Below, piece by piece: positions 51,944 to 64,000 of a stretch of 64,000 nucleotides of DNA. The stretch covers positions 930,001-994,000 of the forward strand of contig CM022678.1 in assembly GCA_012295275.1 (NCBI GenBank), read 5' to 3'. The stretch comes from Chrysomallon squamiferum (Eukaryota > Animalia > Mollusca). Made by a program: the position numbers and the translations under genes. The notes beneath the pieces were generated by a model that saw only the letters and a list, made by a program, of their open reading frames with translations, had not been told where the DNA came from and ran no database searches. Each line of letters begins with the position of its first letter. Positions within the stretch are counted from its first letter, which is position 1.

Positions 51944-54900
51944 TGTATCTATTCTTTGTATGTGCTAAGTGATGGTACAGGTAGGTACGTTTATACATAC
52001 TCTGTCTATGCATTGATGTGCACGTTTCGACATTGCTCAGATCACAGTGTGGTATAGAAAAGTACTAATGACTGCTGTGTTTTCTTTTACCGATTAAATA
52101 TGTAGTGACGAGAACACTTTGAGATTTGTACTTACTCGATACAGAGTTATCTCCTAGCTGTGTAGAACCGAATGAGATACCTTCGACTCCTGTTGTCCTG
52201 CTATGAAACAGAGTAAATACATTTTGTAATTCACAACTTCAATTCACAATTTCTCAAAATATTTTAAACTATAAAATTCTGAGAGTTAGTTATAATAACT
52301 AAATGTACTAGCTTTATCTGAAACACAAAAAACTATTTTTCTCTATATTTAAAAAGATGTTAGCATGCAGATTGACATACATACATTGTGTCTCTCAATA
52401 TATTCGCGTGTATCTCTGTGTAATGCATGTGTGCATATATGTGTGTGTGGATGAATCTGTTCTTTGTATGTGCTAACTGATCGTAGAGGTATATATGTTT
52501 ATATTACCGTGCCTATGCATTTATGTGCATGTTTCTATGTTGATCAGATCACAGTGTGAATAGTACAACACTAATGACTACTACGTATTCTTTTATTTAT
52601 TACACATGCAGAGAAGAGAAAACTGTGAATTGTTCATTTACCAGATACGCAGTTATCTCCTATGTTTGTAGAACCGGAATGATATACGTTTGACACCTGT
52701 TCTCCTTCTGTGAAACAGAGTAAATATATTATTATAATTCACAATTTGATTCCACAGTTTCTGAAAAATGTTTAAGTGCACAATTCTCAGAATTAGACAT
52801 AAGTACCAAATGTATTAGCAATTTATGAAACACAAATAAACTGTTTTCACCTATATTTAGAGATATGTCAGCATAGAGATTAAAATACATAGACTGTGTC
52901 TGTGTCTGAATATTTTATGTGTATATATGTGTAATGCATGTCTGCAAATATATTTGTGTGCATGTACGTGTTCTTTGTATGTGCTAAGTGGTGGTAGAGG
53001 TATGTATGTTTATATGTACCCTATCTATGTATTTATGTGCACATTTCTACGTTGCTCGGGTCACAGTTGTGGTAGAAAAATACTAATGACTACTGTGTAT
53101 TCTGTTATCTATTAAACAAGTGGTGATGAGAAAAACGTTCAATTCTTAACTTACCGGATATGAAGTTATCCCCTATTTGTGTAGAACCGGAATGAGATAC
53201 CTTTAATTCCTGTTTTCCTGCTGTGAAACAAAGAAAATATATTTTTATAATTCACAACTTCAATGAACAATTTCTGAAAATATTTTAAACTGCAAAATTC
53301 TGAGAATTAGATATAATCAATAAATATATTAACATTTTTCGAAAGATAAAGAAACTGTTTTAATCTCTATTTAGATATACATCAGAATGCAGATTAACAT
53401 ACATACACTGCCTCTCTGAATATATATGCGTATATGTCTGTTGAATGTATGGCTGCATATATATGTATCCTATCTATGTATTTATGTTCACATTCCTAAG
53501 TTGCTCAGGTCATAGATTGAGATAGAAAAATACTGACTACTATGTATTCTGTCATCTATTAAACATGTAGAGAAGACAAAACTTTTAGTATTTAACCTAC
53601 TGGATATGTAGTTATCTCCTATTTGTGTAAAACCGGAATGAGGTACTTTTGATTGCAGCTCTCCTGCTGTGAAAGACAGTAAATACATTTTTATAATTCA
53701 CAAGTTCAATTGACAATTTCTGAAAATATTTTTAAGTGCAAAATTTTCAGAATTAGACATAAATGTCAAATGTATTAGCATTTTCTGTAACATAAATAAA
53801 CCGTTTTTATCAATATTTAAAAATATCTTAGCATGCATTTTGAAACACGTACATTGTGTCTCTGTCTGAATATATTTGCATGTATATGTGTAATGCATGT
53901 CTGTATATATATTTATGTGCATGCATGTGTTCTTTTTATGTTCTCAGTGATGGTATGTTCTGTTATATGGATGAATTTAAGAGCACATTTCTACGTAGCT
54001 CAGGTCACAGTTTGTGAGAGAAATATACTGATGACTACTATGTATTCCGTTATGTATTAGACATAGTAGTTACGGAATGAGATATGTTTAATTCCTGTTC
54101 TCCTGCGGTGAAACATAGTAAATATATTTTTGTAATTCACAAATTCAATTTACAATTTCTGAAAATATTTTAACCTGCAAAATTTTGAGAATTAGATATA
54201 ATTATTAAAACGATTAGGATTTTTGGAAACATAAAGATACCCTATTAATTGATATTTAGAGATATGTAATTATGTAAATTAACATATATACACTGTGTCT
54301 CTATTTGAACATATTTACGTATATGTCTGTGCAATCTTTGCCTGCATATATAACTGTGTAGATGTATCTATCCTTTGTTCGTGCTAAGTAATGGTACAGG
54401 TATTTGTGTTGATATGTACCACCTCTATGTATTTCTGTGTCGTTTCTACATTGTGCAGGTCACAGTGTGGGATAGAAAAATACTAATGACTACTGTGTTT
54501 TCTTTCAATTATTAAACATATGATTAGAAAACTTTTAACTTACTGGATACAAAATGATCTCCTATTTGAGCAGAACCGGAATGAGATACATTTGGTTCCT
54601 GTTGTCCTTCTGTGAAACAGAGTAAAAACATCTTTATAATTCACAAATTCAACTCACAATTTATGAAAATATTCTTAAGTGCAAAATTCTTACAGTTAGT
54701 CATAATTACTAAATTTATTAGTTTTTTTTTCTTTTTAAACATAAAAAAATCTGGTTTTTTCTATATTTAGAAATATATTAACATGCAGATTGACATACAT
54801 AAACTGTGTCTATATCTGATAATACATGTCTGCATATGTATTTGTGTGCATGTAAGTGTTCTTTGTACCTGCTCAGTTATGGTAGAGATATGTATGTTTA

Positions 54901-57900
54901 TATGTACCCTATCAATATTTATGTGCACATTTCACGTTGCTCAGGTAACAGTTTAAGAGAGAAAAATAGTAATGACTATTGTGTATTCTGACATCTATGA
55001 GACGTAGTGAAGAGAAAACTTTCTGTTTCTAACTTACCGGATTTGTAGTTGTCTCCTATTTGTGTAGATCCGGAATGAGACAAGTTTGCTTTCTGTTGTC
55101 CTGCTGTAAAACAGAGAAAATACATTTTTATAATTCACAACTTCAATGCACAATTTCTGAAAATATTTTAACTGGAAAATTCTCTGAATTCGATATAATT
55201 ATTAAATGAATTAACACTTTTTAAAACATAATAAACCGATTTTTTATCCATATTTAGAAATATATTAGCATGCAGATTGACATACATACACTGTTTCGAA
55301 GTCTGAATATATTTGCGTGTATGTCAGTGTAATGTATGTCTGCATATATATTTTTGTCCATGTACGTGTTCTTCGTATGTGCTCAGAGATGGTAGATGTA
55401 TGTATGTTTATATGTACCCTAACTACGTATTGATGTGCACATATCTACCTTGTTCAGGTCACAGTTGTGAGACAAAAATACTAATGAATACTATGTATTC
55501 TTATATCTATTAGATATGTAGTGAAGAGAAAACTTTCAATTTTTATCTTACCGGATTTGTAGTCGTCTCCTACGTGTTTAGAACCGGAATGAGATGCGTT
55601 TGATTGCTGTCGTCCTCCTATGAAAGATAGTAAATACATTTTCATAAATCACAACTTCAATGCACTATTTTTGACAATATTTTTAACTGCAAAATTCTGA
55701 GAATTAGATATAATTTCTAAATGTATTAGCTTTTTCTTGAAACACAAATACACCGTTTTCATCTATATTAAAAGATATGTCATCACGCATATAAACATAC
55801 ATACACTGTTTCTCTCAATATATATTGCGTATATGTTTGTGTAATGAGTGTCTTCATATATATTTGTGCGCATGTATTTGTTCTTAGTATGTGCTCAGTG
55901 TTGGTACAAGTATGTACGTTTATATGCATCCTATCTATGAATTTATGTTCACATTTCTACGTGGCTCGTGTAACAGTTTGTGAGAGAAAAATACTAATGA
56001 CTATTGTGTATTCTGATATGTGTTAGACATGTAGTGAAGAGAAAACGTTCAGTTTTAACTTACCAGATTTGTAGTTGTCTCCTATTTGTATTGATCCGGA
56101 ATGAGATACGTCTGCTTTCTGTCCTGCTGTAAAACAGAGAAAATACATTGCTACAATTCACAACTTCATTGCACAATTTCTTAAAATATTTTAAACTGTT
56201 AAATTTTGAGAATTAGATATAATTATTAAATGTATTAGATTTTTTTGAAATATGAAGAAAATGTTTTAATATATATTTACAGATATGTCAGCATGTAGAT
56301 TAACATAAATACACTGCGTATCTGAAAATATTTGCGTATGTGTCTGTGTAATTTATTCCTCCATATATATGCTATTGGATGTATCCCTTTTTTCTGTGTG
56401 TGCTAAGTGATTTTAGAGGTATGTATGTTTATCTTACCCTGTCTGTGCATTGATGTGCCTGTTTCTACGCTGGTCTGATCACAGTGTGGTATAGAAAAAT
56501 ACTAATGACTACTAGACATCTAGTAAAGAGAACACTTTCAATTTTTAACTTACCGGATTTGTAATTATCTCCTATTTGTGTAGATCCGGAATGAGATCCG
56601 TTTGATTGCTGTCGTCCTGCAGTAAAATAAAATAAATACATTGTTACAATTCACAACTTCAGTGCACGATTTCTGAAATGTTTTTAAACTGCAACATTCT
56701 CAGAATTAGATATAATTACTAAATGTTTTCCATTTTCAGAAACATAAAAAACCCTATTTTAATCCATATTTAGAGATATGTTAGCATGCTGTTTGACATA
56801 TATACACTGTGTCTCTGAATATATTTTCGTGTATAGCCTTGTAATGTATGACTGAAGTTATATCTGTGTGCATGTATGTGTTCTTTGTATGTGCTAAGTG
56901 GTGGTAGAGGTATGCATATTTATATGTACCCTATCTATGTATTTATGAGCTCATTTCTACGTTGATCAGGTCGCAGTTTGTGAGAGAAAAGTACTAATGA
57001 CTACCATGTATTTTGTTATGTATAAGGCAAGTAGAAAAGAGAAAAGTTTAAATTTTCAACTTACCGGATTTGTAGTTATCTCCTATTTGTGTAGCTTCGG
57101 ACTGAGATCCGTTTGATTGCTGTTGACCTGCTGTTATAACAGAGCGCATATATTTTTATAGTTCACAATTCAATGTAAATTTCTGAACATATTTTTAACT
57201 CCAAAATTCTGAGAATTATATATAATTCCTAAATGTAAGAGCATTTTCTGAAACATAAAGAAACAGTTTTAATATATATTTGGAATTACGTCAGGATGCA
57301 GATTAACATACGTGCTCAGTGTCTCTGAATATATTTGGGTGTATGTGTGTGTAACGCATGCTCATTTATATATGCGTGAATGTGTGTGTTAGTTTAGTGT
57401 GTAAAGTGATGGTAGCGGCATGTATGTTTGTATGTACGGTGTTTATGCATTGTGTGCTCGTTTCTACGTCGCTCAGATCACAGTGTGGGATAGAAACATA
57501 CTAATCACTACTGTGTTTGGTTTTACCAATTAAATATGTAGTAACGAGAAAACTTCGAGCTTTTGACTTACTCGATACAAAGCTATGTCCTATTTGAGTA
57601 GAACCGGAATGAGATACATTTGATTCCTGAGGTCCTGCTGTGAAACAGAGTTAATTCATTTTTATAATTCACAAATTCAATACACAATTTCTCAAGATAT
57701 TTTAAACTGCAAGTTTCTCAGCATTACATATAATTATTAAATGTATTAGCATTTTTTTAAATATAAAAATATTGTTTTTATCCATATTTAGAGACATGTT
57801 AGGATGCAGATTGACATACACACATTCTGTCTCTGTCTGAATATATTTACGTGTGTATCTGAGTAATTCATGTCTGCATATATATTTGTGTGCATGTATG

Positions 57901-58380
57901 TTTTCTTTGTTTGTTATAAGTGATGGTAGAGGTATGTATGTTTATGTGTACCCTATATATGTATTCGTGAGCACATTTCTACATTGTCCGGGTCACAGTT
58001 TGTGAGATAAGAATACTAATGAATACTACGTTTTCTGTTATGCATTAGACATGTAGAGAAGAGAAAACTGTCAATTTTTAACTTACCTGATGTGTAGTTA
58101 TCACCTATTCGTGTAGAACTGGAATGAGATTCGTTTGATTGCCGTTGACCTCCTGTGACACACAGTAAATAAATATTTATATAATTCACAATTTCAGTTC
58201 ACAATTTCTGAAAATATTTTAAACTGCAAAAATCTGAGAATTAGATATAATTATTAAATGTATTAGCATTTTCTGAAAGAAACAAAAACCTTCTGTTATA
58301 TATTTAGAGATATGTCAGCATTCAGATTAACATGCATACACGCCTATATGTCTGTGTAATGCATGCCTTCATATATATAC

Positions 58381-58446
<66 letters not shown>

Positions 58447-61400
58447 TGTATCTATTCTTTGTATGTGCTAAGTGATGGTACAGGTAGGTACGTTTATACA
58501 TACTCTGTCTATGCATTGATGTGCACGTTTCGACATTGCTCAGATCACAGTGTGGTATAGAAAAGTACTAATGACTGCTGTGTTTTCTTTTACCGATTAA
58601 ATATGTAGTGACGAGAACACTTTGAGATTTGTACTTACTCGATACAGAGTTATCTCCTAGCTGTGTAGAACCGGAATGAGATACCTTCGACTCCTGTTGT
58701 CCTGCTATGAAACAGAGTAAATACATTTTTGTAATTCACAACTTCAATTCACAATTTCTCAAAATATTTTAAACTATAAAATTCTGAGAGTTAGTTATAA
58801 TAACTAAATGTACTAGCTTTATCTGAAACACAAAAAACTATTTTTCTCTATATTTAAAAAGATGTTAGCATGCAGATTGACATACATACATTGTGTCTCT
58901 CAATATATTCGCGTGTATCTCTGTGTAATGCATGTGTGCATATATGTGTGTGTGGATGAATCTGTTCTTTGTATGTGCTAACTGATCGTAGAGGTATATA
59001 TGTTTATATTACCGTGCCTATGCATTTATGTGCATGTTTCTATGTTGATCAGATCACAGTGTGAATAGTACAACACTAATGACTACTACGTATTCTTTTA
59101 TTTATTACACATGCAGAGAAGAGAAAACTGTGAATTGTTCATTTACCAGATACGCAGTTATCTCCTATGTTTGTAGAACCGGAATGATATACGTTTGACA
59201 CCTGTTCTCCTTCTGTGAAACAGAGTAAATATATTATTATAATTCACAATTTGATTCCACAGTTTCTGAAAAAATGTTTAAGTGCACAATTCTCAGAATT
59301 AGACATAAGTACCAAATGTATTAGCAATTTATGAAACACAAATAAACTGTTTTCACCTATATTTAGAGATATGTCAGCATAGAGATTAAAATACATAGAC
59401 TGTGTCTGTGTCTGAATATTTTTATGTGTATATATGTGTAATGCATGTCTGCAAATATATTTGTGTGCATGTACGTGTTCTTTGTATGTGCTAAGTGGTG
59501 GTAGAGGTATGTATGTTTATATGTACCCTATCTATGTATTTATGTGCACATTTCTACGTTGCTCGGGTCACAGTTGTGGTAGAAAAATACTAATGACTAC
59601 TGTGTATTCTGTTATCTATTAAACAAGTGGTGATGAGAAAAACGTTCAATTCTTAACTTACCGGATATGAAGTTATCCCCTATTTGTGTAGAACCGGAAT
59701 GAGATACCTTTAATTCCTGTTTTCCTGCTGTGAAACAAAGAAAATATATTTTTATAATTCACAACTTCAATGAACAATTTCTGAAAATATTTTAAACTGC
59801 AAAATTCTGAGAATTAGATATAATCAATAAATATATTAACATTTTTCGAAAGATAAAGAAACTGTTTTAATCTCTATTTAGATATACATCAGAATGCAGA
59901 TTAACATACATACACTGCCTCTCTGAATATATATGCGTATATGTCTGTTGAATGTATGGCTGCATATATATGTATCCTATCTATGTATTTATGTTCACAT
60001 TCCTAAGTTGCTCAGGTCATAGATTGAGATAGAAAAATACTGACTACTATGTATTCTGTCATCTATTAAACATGTAGAGAAGACAAAACTTTTAGTATTT
60101 AACCTACTGGATATGTAGTTATCTCCTATTTGTGTAGAACCGGAATGAGGTACTTTTGATTGCTGCTCTCCTGCTGTGAAAGACAGTAAATACATTTTTA
60201 TAATTCACAAGTTCAATTGACAATTTCTGAAAATATTTTTAAGTGCAAAATTTTCCGAATTAGACATAAATGTCAAATGTATTAGCATTTTCTGTAACAT
60301 AAATAAACCGTTTTTATCAATATTTAAAAATATCTTAGCATGCATTTTGAAACACGTACATTGTGTCTCTGTCTGAATATATTTGCATGTATATGTGTAA
60401 TGCATGTCTGTATATATATTTATGTGCATCCATATGTTCTTTGTATGTTCAGAGTAAATAATTTTTATAATTCACAACTTCAATGCCCAGTTTTTGAAAA
60501 TATTTTAAACTATAGAATTCTGAGAATTAGATATAATTATTAAATTTATTATTATTTTTCGAAACGTAAAGAAACTGTTTTAATCTATATTTACAGACAT
60601 GTCAGCGTGCAGATTAACACACATACACTGTTATTTCTATATGTAACTTTCTTTATCTATATGTAGAGATATGACAGCCTGCAGTTTAATATATATACAC
60701 CGTGTCTCTGTTTGAATATATTTGTGTGCATGTCTGTGTATGGATGTCTGCATATACATTTACAGGTATGTATGTTTATATGTACTCTGTCTATGTATGT
60801 TTATATGTACTCTGTCTATATATGTTTATATGTACTGTGTTTGTATATGTCTATATGTACTGTGTCTACGTATGTTTATATGTACTGTGTCTATGTATGG
60901 TTATATGTACTGTGTCTATATATGTTTGTACATACTGTGTCTATATATGTTTATATGTACTGTGTCTCTGTAGTTATGTGCACGTTTGTATGTTTTTCAG
61001 GTCACAGTGTGTGGCGGATAATTACTAATCACTACTATGTATTCTGTTATCAATTAAACAGGTAGACAAGAGAAAACATTTAGTTTTTGACTTACTGGAT
61101 TCCCAATTTTCTCCTATTTGTGTAGAACCGGAATAAAATGGGTTTGATAGCTGATGTCTGGCTGTGAAGCAGATTAAACACATATTTATAATTCACAACT
61201 TCAATGCACAGTTTCCGAAAATATTTTTAACAGCAAAATTTAGTGTGGGATAGAAAGATAGTAATAATTATTGTGTTTTCTTTTTCCTGATAAACATGTA
61301 GAGAAGAGAAAACTTTCAGTTTTTAACTTACCGGATTCCCAAATTTCTCCTATTTGTGTAGAACTGGAATGAAATGGGTTTGATAGCTGATGTCTGACTG

Positions 61401-63548
61401 TGAAACAGATTAAACACATATTTATAATTCACAACTTCAATACACAATTTCTGAAAGACTTTTTACGCTACAGATTCTGAATTAATTCTTAAATGTAGTA
61501 GCACTTTTTGAAGCAGGAAACACTGTTTTTAATCGATATGTAGAGATATGACAGCATGTTCTGCTTGAATATATCTGAGTGTATGTGTATATGTATATTT
61601 GTGCATATGTATCGATTCTGTGTTTCTGCTAAGTGTAGATACAGGTCTGTGTGATTATATGTATTGTGTCTATACATAGAGTGTGTGACGTAAAAATACT
61701 AATCACAACTATGTATTCTGGTATCTATTAAACATGTAGACACGAGAAAACTTTTAGTTTTTAGCTTACCGGATTCTTCGTTGTCTTCTGTTTCAGTAGA
61801 ATCAGAATCAGATTCTTCTGCTGGGGACTTTCCTAGAATGAAAAATAGTGAATACATTTTTATAATTCGTAATTTCTTTATGCCTAATTTCTCCAAAAAA
61901 TGTTTGACCTACAACATTCTGAGAGTTATATACTACTGTAAAATGATCTAGTACTTTTTGAAAGAGAAAAACGAATATTTTTATCTATATGTAGAGATAT
62001 GACAGCATACAGTTTAACATATATAGACTGCGTCTCTGTTTGAATATATTTATGTGTATGTTTGTGTAATGCATGTGTACATGCGTATGTGTGTGTGTAT
62101 GTTTCTGTCCTGTGCTAAGTCTGGGTACAGGTATAGGTTCATATGTACTGTGTCTATGCATGTTTATATTTACTGTGTCTATGTTTGTTTATATTTACTG
62201 TGTCTATGTATTTATGTGCACGTTTCTATTTGTTCAAGTCACAGTTTTGTGAGAGAAAAATACTAATCACTACTATGAATTCTGTTATCAATGAAACAGG
62301 TAGACCAGAGAAAAGTTTCAGCTTTTAACTTACTGGATTCGGGGTCATCTTCTGTTTGATTAGAATCGGAATCAGATACATCTGCTGGTACCGGATCTGT
62401 AGTGAAACAAAGTAAATACTTTTTTTATAATTAGCAACTTCAATGTATAATTTCTGAAAATATTTCTACCTCAAACATAGATATAATTGTTGGATATAGT
62501 AGCACTTTTTTTAATCACAAAAAACTTTTTTTATCTATATGTAGAGATATGACAGCCTGCAGTTTAATATATATACACCGTGTCTCTGTTTGAATATATT
62601 TGTGTGCATGTCTGTGTATGGATGTCTGCATATACATTTATAGGTATGTCTTTTTATATTTACTGTGTCTATGTATGTTTATATGTACTGAGTTTATGTA
62701 TGTCTATATGTACTGTGTCTATATATGTTTATATGTACTCTGTCTATGTATGTTTATATGTACTCTGTCTATATATGTTTATATGTACTGTGTTTGTATA
62801 TGTCTATATGTACTGTGTCTACGTATGTTTATATGTACTGTGTCTATGTATGGTTATATGTACTGTGTCTATATATGTTTGTACATACTGTGTCTATATA
62901 TGTTTATATGTACTGTGTCTCTGTAGTTATGTGCACGTTTGTATGTTTTCAGGTCACAGTGTGTGGCGGATAATTACTAATCACTACTATGTATTCTGTT
63001 ATCAATTAAACAGGTAGACAAGAGAAAACATTTAGTTTTTGACTTACTGGATTCCCAATTTTCTCCTATTTGTGTAGAACCGGAATAAAATGGGTTTGAT
63101 AGCTGATGTCTGGCTGTGAAACAGATTAAACACATAATTATAATTCACAACTTCAATACACAATTTCTGAAAGACTTTTTACGCTACAGATTCTGAATTA
63201 ATTCTTAAATGTAGTAGCACTTTTTGAAGCAGGAAACACTGTTTTTAATCGATATGTAGAGATATGACAGCATGTTCTGCTTGAATATATCTGAGTGTAT
63301 GTGTATATGTATATTTGTGCATATGTATCGATTCTGTGTTTCTGCTAAGTGTAGATACAGGTCTGTGTGATTATATGTATTGTGTCTATACATAGAGTGT
63401 GTGACGTAAAAATACTAATCACAACTATGTATTCTGGTATCTATTAAACATGTAGACACGAGAAAACTTTTAGTTTTTAGCTTACCGGATTCTTCGTTGT
63501 CTTTTGTTTCAGTAGAATCAGAATCAGATTCTTCTGCTGGGGACTTTT
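38359..63548 (-). CDS. Array of ~50 tandem symmetric (phase 1-1) micro-exons, mostly 66 nt, encoding a 22-aa repeat (consensus AGQQxSNVSHSGSTQIGDNYKS); continues beyond the window
   Basis: Each ~0.5-kb unit has tttcacag|CAGGA...ATCCG|gtaagtt on the minus strand. Examples: 38359-38424, 38853-38918, 39357-39422, 40054-40119, 40565-40624, 40906-40971, 41415-41480, 41912-41977, 42416-42481, 42904-42969, 43742-43807, 44216-44260, 45040-45105, 45538-45603, 46050-46115, 46544-46609, 47064-47129, 48021-48086, 48538-48603, 49052-49117, 49564-49626, 50565-50630, 51072-51137, 51586-51651, 52642-52707, 53155-53220, 53601-53666, 54544-54609, 55038-55103, ...60108-60173, 61096-61161, 61332-61397, 61770-61832, 62334-62396, 63048-63113, 63486-63548. 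I found no stop codon in the phase-1 frame of any copy I translated. Confidence 0.82.
48570..60430. repeat. Recent near-identical duplication, ~48570-53930 repeated at ~55070-60430 (offset ~6500)
   Basis: Identical ORF-track peptides at 48813/55313, 52927/59434 and 53698/60205; line-by-line identity. Confidence 0.93.
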
Positions 63549-64000
63549 CTAGAATGAAAAATAGTGAATACATTTTTATAATTCATAATTTTATTTGCCT
63601 AATTTCTCCAAAAAATGTTTGACCTACAACATTCTGACAGTTAGATACAATTGTAAAATGAACTAGTACTTTTTGAAAGAGAAAAACAAATATTTTTATC
63701 TATATGTAGAGATACGACAGCATACAGTTTAACATACATAGACTGTCTCTATCTGAATGTATTTGTGTGTATGTTTGTGTAATGCATGTGTACATGCGTA
63801 TGTGTGTGTGTATGTTTCTGTCCTGTGCTAAGTCTGGATACAGGTATAGGTTCATATGTACTGTGTCTATGCATGTTTATATTTACTGTGTCTATGTTTG
63901 TTTATATTTACTGTGTCTATGTATTTATGTGCACGTTTCTATTTGTTCAAGTCACAGTTTTGTGAGAGAAAAATACTGATCACTACTATGAATTCTGTTA
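60645..64000. repeat. ~1.7-1.9 kb higher-order repeat of the array with internal 26-bp minisatellite (atgtactgtgtctatatatgtttat..)
   Basis: 60650-62520 recurs from ~62530; identical peptides at 61489/63205 and 62054/63767; minisatellite at ~60770-60970 and ~62645-62920. Confidence 0.88.

Larger units (their letters stand above)
38050..64000. repeat. Diverged tandem repeat with ~480-550-bp unit (exon + intron duplicated together)
   Basis: Recurrent blocks aaatactaatgactactgtgtattctgttatctatta, gagaaaactttca..ttaacttacc, aattcacaacttcaatgcacaatttctgaaaat, ttctgagaattagatataattact. Confidence 0.95.

Noticed and set aside
39854-63979. Many 60-145 aa Cys/Val/Tyr/Met-rich plus-strand ORFs
   Set aside because: Translations of TG/TA-rich intronic repeat and 26-bp minisatellite; frames not conserved between units
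38050-64000. CRISPR-like or prokaryotic repeat-spacer interpretation of the array
   Set aside because: Eukaryotic DNA; whole ~0.5-kb units are homologous, there are no unique spacers and no cas genes; the conserved core is bounded by splice signals

Overview
AT-rich, intron-containing animal genomic DNA, most likely a mollusc or other lophotrochozoan (inferred from the nSTAND3-ankyrin genes and repeat style). The left part (3163-10929, +) is a complete DNAJC27/RBJ (Rab-like GTPase + J-domain) gene with 7 coding exons, two intronic minisatellites and tandem duplicated acceptor-plus-exon-start copies. The middle (17.5-37.6 kb, -) is a cluster of NLR-like STAND P-loop NTPase (nSTAND3-like) + ankyrin-repeat genes: one long copy with four single-base frameshifts, one deleted and TE-flanked remnant, and one copy with a short ankyrin array. 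The right 26 kb (38-64 kb) looks like a ~0.5 kb satellite. On the minus strand, however, almost every unit carries a 66-nt (or 63/60/45-nt) phase-1/phase-1 exon with conserved AG/GT sites and no stop codons. About 50 such exons encode 22-aa repeats with a RHIM-like (T/I)QIG(D/N)N core. They lie directly upstream of, and phase-compatible with, the STAND-ankyrin exon. This is the main candidate for an undescribed system. All gene models were read by eye and have no transcript support here.
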